Positions 37,980 through 49,163 are shown, numbered from the stretch's first letter. The stretch is DNA of 64,000 nt from Candidatus Latescibacterota bacterium (GCA_965205485.1 OZ242180.1:1824001-1888000), one strand, 5' to 3'. Program-made: numbers and translations. The notes: a model not told the origin generated them from the sequence alone.

Positions 37980-40784
37980 TCATCGGTGATCGAAGGTCAC
38001 GCGGTACAGAACGATTCCCGTCAGGTCCAGGTCGGCCTCGCCGTCATACTGAACCAGTACATGAACGTCCTGCGCCTCGTCCAGAATGAACCGCAACTCG
38101 CTTGTCTCGTCGCCTGCGAAGGGGATCGACAGCCACCACGGGGGGTGCGCACCGTATGCAAGGGGGAGCGCGGGAGGCGGGAGGGTATAGACGGCGGTCT
38201 TGATCGGTTCGGGACGGCGCTCGAAAAAGCTCCAATAGCTCGAGCCCGTGATGTTGAAGCGGACCAGATAAATTCCTTTGGATAAATTGCTGATTTTACG
38301 GGCAAATTGCATGGGGCGTTCCCGCTTCACTGGCCCGGTGCGAGCTATTTCCGAAATTATCGGATCGGCGAGTTGAGGTAAATGAAAGAATTCGGCGCGG
38401 ATTTCGTCCAGCGACAGTTCGCCCGTTCCAGTGTAGAATATATGGACATAAAAAAGCTGCGGTTGATCGACGTCAAATATGACGGATTTGTCGCGGTTGA
38501 GTTTTCCACCGATGAGTGGATAATTGGACGTTGTGCTCCAGAGAGATACGGCCGGTACTGTATACCGCCGCGAGAGGGTCAGATGGCCGGAGATCTTACC
38601 TTTGGCTGCTTCGACCCGGAGTCCGCGGAAGTTAAGCCGGTAACGCCCCTTTTGGAGAGGACCCAATCGGGGCATGGCCATCCGCGAATAGCCGACCCTG
38701 CCTTGCCGTGAGACTCCCTCTCGAGCGCGAATTCTACCTTCGGAGTCCGCGGCATCTTCGGGCACGGAATCGATCGGGACGTGGAAACTGTAAGACGTTG
38801 GCTTGATTCCGTCTGAGAGGAGCGGCATATAGGGCGCCCTGCTTCCTTGTAAGCGCGAGTTCAGTACTTCGCTATGACTCCATATGAGGGGCGCGAAGGC
38901 GGCCGCGGCGACGACGGCCGCGCGCAGACCAACCTTCCGGGGGCGGATGAACAGCGCCCCCGTCAGCACACTCCAGAAGGCAAGGTCGAGCAGCGGCAGG
39001 TCCTGCCGGTCCGGCTCGAAGAAGTGCAAATGCAGGGGATAGTAGCGGTTGATCGACCTTTCGGGCAGGTTATACCCTTTATAACCCGCTTCAGGAAGTT
39101 CGAGCACATGAAGGACGCTTTCCACGCTGACCGCGAGGGCCAACGCCACAAGAAAGCTGGGCGTCGCTCTGCGCAGCAGCGGCGGCAGGCCCCAGGCCAG
39201 TCCCAGCGCCAGCACCGGCATCGCAGTCATCATGAAACGGCCGGGCAGGTCGTGGCCGAATACCCATAGCGTGTGAAGCCCGTTGATGCCGGCGGTGGCG
39301 GCGAAAAGGACAAGAGCGACGCCAACGCGCCGGTCGCGCAGCTTGGCGAGGGTCAGTAGTCCGAACAATGCAAAGAAAAAGACCGGCGACGAGTTGAGAA
39401 TGCCTCGGCCGACGTGCAGCCAGTGGCCGGGAAGGGAAATCTTCCAAATGGCGAAATCGAGAGCGTTCTCATCCCAGGCGCCGCTTCCCGGGCGCAGCGG
39501 CCCCAGCCAGTCCCCGCTGAATGCGTGGTGGTAGGCAAGGAGTCCGTATAGGCCGCCGGCGATGACGAGGCCGATTGTCGAGAGTGCCCACCATCGCCTT
39601 TGGTTTCTCCAGGCCTGAAGCAGCACCGGAACGCCGCAGAAGAGGCCGAGCGGAACGAGGCGCGGGTGCAGAAAGGGCAGGCAGCAAAGCAGCAGGGCAA
39701 GCAGGCCCAGTACAGGTATCTCCCAGCGTCCCAGAGATCGGTAAGCGCAGCCGGGAGTCTGCCAGTGAGCAAGGGCGATCAGGACGGTCAACACGATGGC
39801 GATGGCCGGGATTTCCGGATAGATCTGGTTGGAATAGTAGAAGTACGGCCCTGTAACGGCCGTTATGGCCGTGGCTGTCAGTGCCGACCAGGATTCGGCC
39901 CCCAGCCGTGTGAGATATATGAAAAGCAGGGGAACGCACAGACTCGCAAACAGCGCGATAAAGAGCGCGGCGGACAGCCTCGGGTTCGCCCAGGCATCCA
40001 GGCCCCACCTGTAGGCGGGAACCAGGGCGACGGAAAGGCCGATCGGATGGGTCGAATGGATTTTGCCTTCGGGAGACGCAGGCGCCCTGTTCAACCCGAA
40101 GTCCGTCACGTGGAATTCCCCCACGTGCTCGATACCAAGGTTGTTGGCGAGATCCATGTCCCCGTCGTGGACCAGGCTTTGGGTCACACGCAGGTACTGG
40201 CCCTCGTCGCTGTGGAGCATGGTGACCTGGCAGAAGTACAGCGTGTAGAACACATACAGCGGCAGGAATACGGCAAACAGGGCGCCGGCGACGTAGACGG
40301 TACGGAGGGGTTTCCGGGCCCCGAGCGACGGCAGGTGTACGTATCCGAGAAATACCAGCGCAAGGGCCCACAGCGCGTGGGGTGACCAGAGGATGGTCAG
40401 GAAGGGAAAGATGCGGACGAGCGGATCGACGAGGGTGAGGAGACGCACAGCCAGAAGCGCGCCTGCCAGCAATGCCGCGCGCTGGAGCCGCTCCTGCAGG
40501 TTGGTCCCGGCGCAGAAGAAGCGATATCGAATCCACGCCAGGACGAGGCCGGCGAGCCCAATGAGCGCCGGTCCGAGGGGCGGCCAGCGCAGGTGGAATG
40601 GTCCGGGGGATATGGCCAGTCGCAACTCGTCTGTTGCCGCCGCGACGAGGGGATCGAAGCCGCAAAGCGCCAGCCATGCACCGAAGAATCCCGCCGCGAG
40701 TCCAAGGTCGACCGGAAACGGCCGGGAGGCGAGCGGCGTGATTTGGAGCCGCAAGGTCGCAATGAGATTCCGGGCGGCGTGCAT
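37980..40784 (-). CDS. Large polytopic membrane protein (GT-C-like)
   Basis: SDEGQYL..SLVHDGDMDLAN loop, YPE, GRF motifs, many TMs and a soluble C-terminal domain. Confidence 0.7.
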   Translation of the reverse strand: MHAARNLIATLRLQITPLASRPFPVDLGLAAGFFGAWLALCGFDPLVAAATDELRLAISPGPFHLRWPPLGPALIGLAGLVLAWIRYRFFCAGTNLQERLQRAALLAGALLAVRLLTLVDPLVRIFPFLTILWSPHALWALALVFLGYVHLPSLGARKPLRTVYVAGALFAVFLPLYVFYTLYFCQVTMLHSDEGQYLRVTQSLVHDGDMDLANNLGIEHVGEFHVTDFGLNRAPASPEGKIHSTHPIGLSVALVPAYRWGLDAWANPRLSAALFIALFASLCVPLLFIYLTRLGAESWSALTATAITAVTGPYFYYSNQIYPEIPAIAIVLTVLIALAHWQTPGCAYRSLGRWEIPVLGLLALLLCCLPFLHPRLVPLGLFCGVPVLLQAWRNQRRWWALSTIGLVIAGGLYGLLAYHHAFSGDWLGPLRPGSGAWDENALDFAIWKISLPGHWLHVGRGILNSSPVFFFALFGLLTLAKLRDRRVGVALVLFAATAGINGLHTLWVFGHDLPGRFMMTAMPVLALGLAWGLPPLLRRATPSFLVALALAVSVESVLHVLELPEAGYKGYNLPERSINRYYPLHLHFFEPDRQDLPLLDLAFWSVLTGALFIRPRKVGLRAAVVAAAAFAPLIWSHSEVLNSRLQGSRAPYMPLLSDGIKPTSYSFHVPIDSVPEDAADSEGRIRAREGVSRQGRVGYSRMAMPRLGPLQKGRYRLNFRGLRVEAAKGKISGHLTLSRRYTVPAVSLWSTTSNYPLIGGKLNRDKSVIFDVDQPQLFYVHIFYTGTGELSLDEIRAEFFHLPQLADPIISEIARTGPVKRERPMQFARKISNLSKGIYLVRFNITGSSYWSFFERRPEPIKTAVYTLPPPALPLAYGAHPPWWLSIPFAGDETSELRFILDEAQDVHVLVQYDGEADLDLTGIVLYRVTFDHR

Positions 40785-40829
40785 TAACGCGCTTCCGTAT
40801 TCAGTATTACTTCACGATCCGGTTTGAGG

Positions 40830-40853
40830 GTGGGGCAGACATTCCTGCCTGCC
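40830..40853 (+). repeat. REP GTGGGGCAGACATTCCTGCCTGCC
   Basis: One mismatch to the copies at 37806, 37884 and 50428. Confidence 0.85.
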
Positions 40854-40857
40854 CGCG

Positions 40858-41586
40858 TCAGCCACCGTTCACGCTCTCGCCGGTGACAACCATCGGATGC
40901 TTCCATACCGTCGAATCATCCCTCTCTGACCCGTCCCGGTAGGTCGAAATGAGGCTCCAGCGGTCCGCGCCCGTGGTATTCGGATAGGAACTGTGCAGGG
41001 TCTGATCGTGAAAGAAGACCGCATCACCTCGACCGACCGCAAGCGTGGTCTCCGGAAGCCCGGCGATTTCTTCGTTTCCGATACGCCAACCGAAGCCGTT
41101 TTGCGCCCTGACCTGTTTCACTTTGAACCGCCTGAAATGGCTGCCCGCAATCATCTTCAGACACCCGTTTTCCGGCGTGGCGTCGTCCAGCGCGATCCAC
41201 ACCGAAATCTTGTTCACGCCCTTCCAGTAGTACCAGTCCTGGTGCCAGGGCGAACCGAACCGCGTGAACTTGTTCTTGTAGACCGACTTCACACTCAGAA
41301 ACTCCACGTCCGGTCCGATGATCCGGTTGAGTACCGAAACCACGCAATCATCCTTCATCCGTTCCCTGAAAAACGGGTCCAGCACGTCCGCCATGAACAC
41401 GTGGACGCCGGTGGACGTCGGCTCCGTGTTTATGTGGCCCCCCGACTCGAGGATGTCGACAATGCGTGTCTTCCAGTCCAGCATCTCTTCCGCACGGTAG
41501 AGTCCCCTCGCGATGCAGAAACCGTCGCGATGAAACGCCTCGGCGACGTCTTCCGCGTATTCCGGTACCGGTTGATCGGATAACAT
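40858..41586 (-). CDS. Phytanoyl-CoA dioxygenase (PhyH) family Fe(II)/2OG dioxygenase
   Basis: PWHQD, WIALDDATPENGCL, LHSSYPN..R; AGGAGA RBS. Confidence 0.92.
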   Translation of the reverse strand: MLSDQPVPEYAEDVAEAFHRDGFCIARGLYRAEEMLDWKTRIVDILESGGHINTEPTSTGVHVFMADVLDPFFRERMKDDCVVSVLNRIIGPDVEFLSVKSVYKNKFTRFGSPWHQDWYYWKGVNKISVWIALDDATPENGCLKMIAGSHFRRFKVKQVRAQNGFGWRIGNEEIAGLPETTLAVGRGDAVFFHDQTLHSSYPNTTGADRWSLISTYRDGSERDDSTVWKHPMVVTGESVNGG

Positions 41587-41769
41587 ACCGCGTCTCCTGA
41601 CTTTCATTGACAATTGTTGATATGCTCCCGCCGCCATCGCACCTGCCTCGGAAACGGTCGCAAAATGCGACAGTTAAGATACGATCGAGTGTAGTGCGAA
41701 TGATAATCCAATTGCCTTCAGTATTCAACAAAACCAGAAGGGGTGTGACTGCGCAACGCCCGGTTTTCC

Positions 41770-42056
41770 TCCCTCTTTCACCCGGACCTACCCCCTTCCT
41801 GAAGGAAAAAGGAAGAAGGAAGAAGAAATGCGGTGAGACGGGAGAGGTAAGCCGGGAGAAGAAATCCTTGCCAGATAAGGAATTCCTCCTAGCCATTGGC
41901 ACGAGAAGAATCGTCACAAGGCAGGTAATCTCTCCCCTCTCACCGCTTCTCTGAGACGACCGGTGTAAGTACACCCGGGAGCGAGGCCTGGTGGAGGTGG
42001 CTTTTGACTTTGCCTTTCGTTCTTGTTTTTAGCTGATGGCTGATAGCTGACAGCTA
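41770..42056 (+). repeat. Repeat stack: GGACCTACCCCC motif, AGGAAGA run, 120-bp hairpin copy, composite GCTTTTGA/GCTGA module
   Basis: Hairpin copy at 41829-41950; GCTGATGGCTGATAGCTGACAGCT at 42032-42055. Confidence 0.85.
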
Positions 42057-43495
42057 TTCCCGCAATTCCTTCAACAGCGCAACGTCTTCCCGCGTGACGC
42101 CTCGGAAGAGTACGATGAGCGCGCTGTAGACGAGCAGCCCGATCACGCTCGCGACCGCGAAGTGATCCGTTATGGCTGACACGCAAAGCATGGTCAGAAC
42201 AGTCGCCAGCACCGGTCTGGCGGCGGCCGCGCCAAGCGTAACCACGTATTTTCGCAGCGGCGTGAAGAAGAGCCCCGCAACCGGAAACGCGATGGACCCG
42301 ACCAGGACGGCCGCTGCCGATCCCGAGGATATGGTGCGCGGGGATCAGGGCGACGTTCAGAAGCGTGCCGAGTCAGCGCCGCCGCGCCAAGGCAGATCAG
42401 CCGGCGTTTTTCCTGGCCGACGGCCACGATCAGAAAACCGAAGGCAATGCCCATGTATTTGAAGACCATCGCCCAGATGAGGAGGACGAGCGTCAGGCTG
42501 GCGCGGCCGAACATGGCTTCAGGAATCCTGCCGGGAAAGAGCAGATTCAGGATGTCATTGGAGGCAAGCGTGCAGAACCCGGCGATGGGGACTATGAACA
42601 GCAGCAGGTAGCGTGCGCTTCGGCGGTAGATTCTGTCGAACGCAACCGGATCGGTCTCCCGGTGTCTGACCATCACGGGGAAGACGGAAGCGATGAATAT
42701 CGAAGCCAGAAAGGGAAGGCTGTCAGGAATTCGGGCGGCCATGTTGTAAAGGCCCACGGCTTCCTTGCTCTTGATGGACTCGAGCAGCATGATGCCGATC
42801 TTGTCGTGGACCGTGGCGCACACTGAGGCCAGCATGAGCGGGATGCTCTGCCGCAGAAGCGTTCTGACGATCCGCGTGTCGAACCGGAACCGGGGAAGCT
42901 CGAAGAGACGCCGGTGCGTGATGCACAGACCGGCGAACGAGAGAAACTCGGCGGCGATCAGCGCGCAGAAGATGGCGACGAGAAGGCCCTTGTTGAGAAC
43001 AACAACGACCAGCAGGCCGGCCATGAGCAGGTGGGAGACGGTGTTCCACGCCACCACGTACCCCATCCTGAGCTCTGCCTGGAACCGGACCTGGAACATC
43101 CTTCGAAACGCGTTCAACCGGGGCGATACGAACAGCGTGAGCGAGGCGATGAGCGCGGGTATGAGGGTCTCCGCGCCCTGGCCCGAAAGATAGAGAAAAG
43201 CGTTAGAGGTGAGAATGGCGGCAGTAGAGGAGATGAGCCCTATAGATAACGCGTTCCCCAGAAGCCGGTCGGCGTTCTCCCGGCTGGCGGCTTCCCTGAT
43301 CAGGACATTGTACGTCCCCGCGTCCGCGAGCACCCCCCACAGCATCAGGTTGGTCAGGATGAACGTATAGGCGCCGAACGCCTTGAGGTCCAGGTAATGG
43401 ACGAGGAACAGGAAGATTGCGAACTCGATGACTCGTCCGAATACCTGGACCGAGGTGTTGCCCGCAATCCGTCTGACGGGTGACGTTGCGCCCAT
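42054..43495 (-). CDS. Wzx-like oligosaccharide flippase with two apparent +1 indels near the 3' end
   Basis: Multi-TM, AVGLYNMA, SVFPVM; removing single bases near 42371 and 42323 gives LNVALIPAHHILGSAAAVLV and joins the 42054-42245 ORF. Confidence 0.85.
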
Positions 43496-43498
43496 GGG

Positions 43499-45940
43499 TC
43501 ACTCCGCGGCGGCGGCCGGTTTCCCGGAACGTTGCCGCCAGTACCATGCGGCGGCGCAGGCGATGGCGAAGAGGGTGGAGAGTAGGGTAATCCAGCGGCA
43601 GGCCGTGGCGATGGGATCGTGGAAGCGGAGTACAACCCGGTGTTCGCCCCCGGGCACGACGACCGCCTTCCAGGCGTAGTTGGCCCTGAACAGCGGCCGC
43701 TCCTCCCCGTTCACCCGGGCGCGCCAGAAGGGGTGGTAATTCTCTGAGATTACGAGCAGTCGCGGACCTCCGGATTTGACGTTGAGTTCGATATGTCCGC
43801 TGCGTTCGTCGTACACGACCTTCTCGATATAATCCTGCGCTCGCGTATCCGAGTGATCCGCCGAAAAGCCTTCCGGCTCGGCCTCCAGGATAACGGTCTC
43901 TTCGGGCTTGAACCCGGGCTCCGAAAGCAGTTCCAGCATACGGGCTTCGTCGGTCTCGATCCGGTATCGGGGCGCCAGGTAGAACCAGGGCAGCGCGAAT
44001 TCGTTCCTGTAGATATGGAGACCGTCGGCGACCACGGTCGCGGGCGCGTCCGGAAAGGGTTCCCGGGTCACGACGTAGCGGGTGTTCAGCAGATTCAGGA
44101 TGGGGAAATGCCTGAGGTTCTGGGGTTCGGTCATCCGGTCGTAGCGCAGCATCGTAAAGGGTTCGTGATAATCCACCCGGACCCGGTCTACGATCGTTCG
44201 CTTGCCGGCGCCGATATGCGGCGGGGGAACGGAGAGCTGCGTTACGAACAGCACGCGGTAGAGATCGGGGTCCTGTTCGAAATGCCGCAGCACGCCGCCG
44301 TAGACGCGTTCGGGCGGGGGCTGAAGGTCCGGGTCGAAATACCGGAGGAACTGCCGGTCGATCCGCCAGGTATCGAAGAGCATCAGGGGAACCAGCAGGC
44401 ATGCGAAGACCGCGGGGGATATGCCGCCGCCCAGGCGTCTCCACGTCAGAATGGCCAGGACCGACACCAGCAGGGCGGCGAATACCGCGCCCCGGCTGAG
44501 GTTGGGCGCGTTCGCCTGGGCAACGCGGACGGCTGAATCCGGAATATCGGACCAGAAGAGTCCGGCCCACGCGTTCACGGCGCTCTGGGGCGCCAGGGCG
44601 ACGCCGAGCAGCAGGGCCACCGCGACCCCGGCGCCGATGGCGAGATTGCGTCGCGTCCGGGGCGAAGCGTCCGTTGGATAGAGGACCCGTTGCAGTCCGA
44701 TGGCGGCGAGAACGCACGCGGGGAACGCGAACAGAAACGCGATCATGCCAGGCGCCCTGAGCACCTTCATGCCAGGGATATACCGGTACGCGTATCCGTG
44801 CACGAAGGTATGGGGTCCGAGAGCGAATGCCAGGGCGAAGAAAAAGAGCAGGAGAAAGATCCAGATTCTCGGGTCGCGGCGGATGCGCCCGAGGGCGAGC
44901 GCGGCGAAGAAGAGAACGGCGATGCCGAAATACTCGGAATTGAGTTTAAAGGGATTGCGGCCCCAGTAGTTTCGTTTTCTTCGGTCCGGGTCGTCGAAGT
45001 GGGCGAATTCCGGCACGACCAGCGAAGCGACTTCCTCGGGGTGCAGCGACCACGTCTGCGCGTATTCCAGACCCTTGCCTTCGCCGTCCCCGAGCGCCCT
45101 TCTCGATTCCGTTCGGGTGAACCAATATTGTGGAAACACGCCCATGGCGCCGATGCCCAGACCCAGGCAAACGGCGCCGGCGCTGAGAAGGCTTCGGCGC
45201 AGGGCCGCCGCGATGTCTCTCTCGCCGTACAATGTCTGTCCGAGCCTGGCTGCGAAGAGAATGGCCAGGCCGCAAAGGGCGTAGTACAGCATCTGGAGGT
45301 GCGGCGTGTAGATGCCCGCACCAATGGCGACCGACAGAACGAGGTAGTAGATGGGACGACCGGTCTCCATGCCGCGGTACAGCCCCCAGACCATCAGCGG
45401 GAACAGGCCGATAACGAGCATTTTGGCTTCATGGCCGGCGTAGATGAAGGTGAGCAGGGCGGGCGCGGAGGCGTAGGCGATGCCCGTGAGCCAGGCCGTG
45501 AGCGGCTTCATGCCGAAACCGCGGATGCAGAGATACATGAAATAACCGGCCATGAACATGGCGAAGAAATACCGCCAGCCCAGAAGCCGGTGCCGGGTTG
45601 TAAACAGGGCGATGATTTCAAGCGGAAAATAGCTCGACGTCCGTTGTCCGGTCACGGGGGTGCCGCCGAGATAGCGCGTCCAGTTGGCCGGGGCCAGGTT
45701 GGCCAGCTTTTCGAAAAAGGGCTCCCGTCCCTTGTGGAATTCCCTTCCCGTGTCCTGTCCGAGGATGACGTGATCGGTAAAGACGAACCCGGCGAAATAC
45801 ACCACGCTCAGGAGCAGGAAGAACACGACCGGGGCCCAGGGCGAGGCGAGCCAGGGAGCCAGGCGTTCTGAGAGGGTCTTCGAGGATTCAGGCCTCGGCG
45901 CAGCGGAACGCCGTGCGGCTCTTTTTCTGCGCTTGCTCAA
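43499..45940 (-). CDS. YfhO-family membrane glycosyltransferase (GT-C)
   Basis: Many TMs; C-terminal ISENYHPFWRARVNGE..RANYAWKAVVVPGGEHRV. Confidence 0.88.
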   Translation of the reverse strand: MSKRRKRAARRSAAPRPESSKTLSERLAPWLASPWAPVVFFLLLSVVYFAGFVFTDHVILGQDTGREFHKGREPFFEKLANLAPANWTRYLGGTPVTGQRTSSYFPLEIIALFTTRHRLLGWRYFFAMFMAGYFMYLCIRGFGMKPLTAWLTGIAYASAPALLTFIYAGHEAKMLVIGLFPLMVWGLYRGMETGRPIYYLVLSVAIGAGIYTPHLQMLYYALCGLAILFAARLGQTLYGERDIAAALRRSLLSAGAVCLGLGIGAMGVFPQYWFTRTESRRALGDGEGKGLEYAQTWSLHPEEVASLVVPEFAHFDDPDRRKRNYWGRNPFKLNSEYFGIAVLFFAALALGRIRRDPRIWIFLLLFFFALAFALGPHTFVHGYAYRYIPGMKVLRAPGMIAFLFAFPACVLAAIGLQRVLYPTDASPRTRRNLAIGAGVAVALLLGVALAPQSAVNAWAGLFWSDIPDSAVRVAQANAPNLSRGAVFAALLVSVLAILTWRRLGGGISPAVFACLLVPLMLFDTWRIDRQFLRYFDPDLQPPPERVYGGVLRHFEQDPDLYRVLFVTQLSVPPPHIGAGKRTIVDRVRVDYHEPFTMLRYDRMTEPQNLRHFPILNLLNTRYVVTREPFPDAPATVVADGLHIYRNEFALPWFYLAPRYRIETDEARMLELLSEPGFKPEETVILEAEPEGFSADHSDTRAQDYIEKVVYDERSGHIELNVKSGGPRLLVISENYHPFWRARVNGEERPLFRANYAWKAVVVPGGEHRVVLRFHDPIATACRWITLLSTLFAIACAAAWYWRQRSGKPAAAAE

Positions 45941-45956
45941 GGTTGGGCTCCATGGC

Positions 45957-46706
45957 TCAGGGCTGGCATCGGGATATCTCCTTTTTCGGGACGGTTTCCG
46001 GACCCCGGCCGAGATACGTGGTTGCGAAGGCGTAGAAAAACCAGCGCAGGTATTCCGGAAGCCAGCGGATGACTCTGAAGCGGCTGCGGCCGGTGGTCCT
46101 TTCGTACCACTCGGCGGGGACCTCCGCGACTTTCCAGCTCAGCCGGTGGCACTTGACCAGCAGTTCGATGCCGTAAGCGAAACCCGCCGTGGACTCGATC
46201 CGCGCCCGGTTCAGCAGTCGCCTTGAGAACAGGCGAAGGCCATTGCTGGCGTCCCGGGCGGGCAGCCGCGCCAGATAATAAAGGGTGAAGGCGGCGCTAC
46301 GGACAAGCAGAGATTTCAGCCACGGCGCACCCACCATGCAACCGCCGGCGATAAACCGGCTGGCGCAGACGACGTCGCAACCGTTCACGTATTCCCCATA
46401 CATCCTGTCGATGATGCCCGCGTTGTAGGTATCGTCGGCAGGCCACATGATCGCCGCCGGCGCGTGGCCGTCGCTGAAACCGGTGACGACGGCCCCGTGG
46501 GCGCCCCGTCCGCGGTTCCGGACTCTGACGATCTCGCATCGGGCATCCGTGAAATCCTTCAGGGCTTTCAGCGTGTCGTCGGACTCGTCGTCGTAACAGA
46601 TCAGCACGCGGAAGGGCGTACTCGTGGCATCGCACAGCGCGTTGAGCACGTTCAGGATGTTGTCGCCCTCGTTGTACACGGGGATGACGATGTCGAGATC
46701 GGGCAT
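45957..46706 (-). CDS. GT2, polyprenol-phosphate glycosyltransferase-like
   Basis: IVIPVYNEG, PADD, ASRFIAGG, DASNGLR, ERTTGRS. Confidence 0.88.
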   Translation of the reverse strand: MPDLDIVIPVYNEGDNILNVLNALCDATSTPFRVLICYDDESDDTLKALKDFTDARCEIVRVRNRGRGAHGAVVTGFSDGHAPAAIMWPADDTYNAGIIDRMYGEYVNGCDVVCASRFIAGGCMVGAPWLKSLLVRSAAFTLYYLARLPARDASNGLRLFSRRLLNRARIESTAGFAYGIELLVKCHRLSWKVAEVPAEWYERTTGRSRFRVIRWLPEYLRWFFYAFATTYLGRGPETVPKKEISRCQP

Positions 46707-46928
46707 GGTCCTGGTTTAACCTTGATTCCCAATTGTTCGGGGACCTGAATGTCGAATATATACAGAAGAACAAAGGCGTATGGACACAAAGGTCCCGGAT
46801 ACTTGAAGTCACTGGACGTGAAGGGAAATTTCATCCATTTGAACGACCTCAATACCCCGTTATCGTACCGTCCCCTTCTGTGCTTTTTGTGGTAAAGTGA
46901 CTGTTGTCTTTCTTCGAATTGCGGTCAG

Positions 46929-48179
46929 TCAATCCGCCACGATACGGGGCGACGGAAGCGGGACGATGTATTTCCCCCTGAAACCCATACGCGTGAGTTT
47001 GGGCATGAGTTCCCCGGCGATATGCCATGAGAAGAGCAGCGCGTATTCGGGCTGGTCGCTGAACAGCGCGGACTCTTCCAGCACCGGGATGCCGGTGCCC
47101 GGCATATATTTGCCGATTTTGTACGAACCCTGGATTTCAAGGACGCAGTCGATCGTCTCGCGGTCCAGTCCGGTATAGGCGATCAGCGTGCTGGCGCGGG
47201 AGGGCGCGCCGATACCGTAGATGCGGCCGTCGCGGGCCTTGATGTCTCGCAGCAGGCCCAGGAGGTCGAGTTTGCTCTGCAGAACGTCCCCGGCGAAACG
47301 GCGGTAGGTTTCGGGGTCGAGCAGTCCGGCCCGCTGTTCTTCTTTCAGCTGATCCGGAACGGACGGATCCACCGGATATCGACCCGTACGGGCGGCAAAG
47401 ACGCGGATGGAGCCGCCGTGCGTGGGGATGCGTTCCACGTGGAAGATCTCCAGTCCGTGTTTTTCCAGGAGGAATTTCAGGCTGTGCAGGGAATAGTACC
47501 TGAGGTGCTCGTGGTAGACCGTATCGTACTGCAGCGTCCCGATCAGGTCCAGCAGGTAGTGGGACTCGGAGACGAAGACGCCCGTTTCATCCAGGATGTC
47601 CAGAATCCCGGCCACGACCTCGTCGACGTCGGGCATGTGCGCGAATACGTTGGTTGCGGTCACGAGATCGGCCGGGCCGTATTCTGAGGCAACCGTCTGC
47701 GCGGTCTCCCGCGTGAAAAAAGCCTGGAGGCTGCGGATGCCCCTCTCGTTTGCAAGCTGTGCCCTGTCCGTGGGGTCGATGCCCAGGACCCTGCAGCCCC
47801 CGGCCTTGAAATTGGCCAGGAGCGTGCCGTCGTTGGAGCCGATGTCGATCACAAACGAGGTGCCGTCCGCCCCCAGGCGGTCCTTGCACCGTTCGAACAG
47901 GTCCGCGAAATTCTCACGGAGAATGCGCGTGGTGCCGCTGGTGTAGGGATATTCCGGCGGGAACAGGACCTCCGGGTCCACCTGCCAGCCGATCTGCACC
48001 AGGTGCGAGTCCGGGCAGTAGAGCAGTTCCAGGGGATACATCGGGCAGTCGACGGGCTCTGCGCCCACCGGTTGCATGTCGTTCACCGGCGGCACGAAAC
48101 CCAGGAAGAGAACGGACTGAAGATTCGAGGATTGGCTGATCTGGCAGCGGGTGACGTTTCGGGAGGTTGCGCGCGGCAC
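46929..48179 (-). CDS. NDP-sugar C-methyltransferase (class I SAM-dependent)
   Basis: YPLELLYC, DIGSNDGTLL, ATNVFAH, DTVYHEHLRYYS, THGGSIR, KIGKYMPGTGIP. Confidence 0.88.
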   Translation of the reverse strand: MPRATSRNVTRCQISQSSNLQSVLFLGFVPPVNDMQPVGAEPVDCPMYPLELLYCPDSHLVQIGWQVDPEVLFPPEYPYTSGTTRILRENFADLFERCKDRLGADGTSFVIDIGSNDGTLLANFKAGGCRVLGIDPTDRAQLANERGIRSLQAFFTRETAQTVASEYGPADLVTATNVFAHMPDVDEVVAGILDILDETGVFVSESHYLLDLIGTLQYDTVYHEHLRYYSLHSLKFLLEKHGLEIFHVERIPTHGGSIRVFAARTGRYPVDPSVPDQLKEEQRAGLLDPETYRRFAGDVLQSKLDLLGLLRDIKARDGRIYGIGAPSRASTLIAYTGLDRETIDCVLEIQGSYKIGKYMPGTGIPVLEESALFSDQPEYALLFSWHIAGELMPKLTRMGFRGKYIVPLPSPRIVAD

Positions 48180-48194
48180 GCATGTTCCTCCTGC

Positions 48195-49163
48195 TCAGTT
48201 GCGGTGGTTTTCGAGGTACCAGGCGATGGTGCCGGCCAGACCCTCGCGGAGCGAGACGCGGGGGCGGTAGCCGAGGGCTCTGAGCTTGTCGATACCGGGG
48301 CGCCTTCTTTCGGGGCTGCCGGCTGTCAACGCTCCGGGGACGATTTCAAAGTTCCTGCCGATGCGTTCGAAAATCAGCCTGGCGAGACGCCGGATGGTGA
48401 CTTCGTCATCATTGCCGACGTGGTAGATATTCAGGTGCGCGCCTCTTTCCAGGACGGTGGCGAACCCGTCTGTAAAATCGTCGATATGCATGAAAGCCCG
48501 GGTCTGCGAGCCGTCGCCCTGTATTGGAAACGGAACCGCGCCTCGAGGGTGTTCGGTTGCGAGCGAGGCCGCCCTCAGAATGAGCTGGGGGATGACGTGC
48601 TCGCGCCCCATGTCAGGCCCGTACACGTTGTGCGGGCGGACCACGAGGACGCGCCCCAGGCGCCTCCGGCCGTAGTTCAGGGCCATGAGTTCGCTGATGA
48701 TTTTGCTGCCGCCGTAGGAAAAACGGGGATTCAGGGGGTCGGGAACGGAAAGTGGCGCGGATTCGTCCGTGGGAATGGTTGGCGGGGTCTGGTACACTTC
48801 GGAACTGGAGGCCAGGACGTATTCGGAAACGTCGTGCTCCAGGCAGGCGTCGATGGTGTTTACAACGCCCTTTACGCCCACGTCAAGTACGATTTCAGGC
48901 TTGCTGTAGAACCATTCGGTGCCGTTCACCGAGGCCAGGTGGCAAAGGCTTTCCACGCCCCGGGCGGCATTGCGCACGGCATCCGCATTCCGGACGTCCG
49001 CTTCGATGAATTCCACCTGGTCCCCGATGTCCGCCAGGCGGCCCGCGTTTCCCCGTGACAGATTGTCGAGAACCCGCACCCGGTGGCCGCCCTGAAGCAG
49101 GCGCCGTACCAGGGAGGAACCGATGAATCCGGCGCCGCCCGTGACCAGGTAGAGCTTACTCAA
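48195..49163 (-). CDS. NAD-dependent epimerase/dehydratase (extended SDR)
   Basis: TGGAGFIGS; SSSEVY; YGGSK; HNVYGP. Confidence 0.92.
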   Translation of the reverse strand: MSKLYLVTGGAGFIGSSLVRRLLQGGHRVRVLDNLSRGNAGRLADIGDQVEFIEADVRNADAVRNAARGVESLCHLASVNGTEWFYSKPEIVLDVGVKGVVNTIDACLEHDVSEYVLASSSEVYQTPPTIPTDESAPLSVPDPLNPRFSYGGSKIISELMALNYGRRRLGRVLVVRPHNVYGPDMGREHVIPQLILRAASLATEHPRGAVPFPIQGDGSQTRAFMHIDDFTDGFATVLERGAHLNIYHVGNDDEVTIRRLARLIFERIGRNFEIVPGALTAGSPERRRPGIDKLRALGYRPRVSLREGLAGTIAWYLENHRN

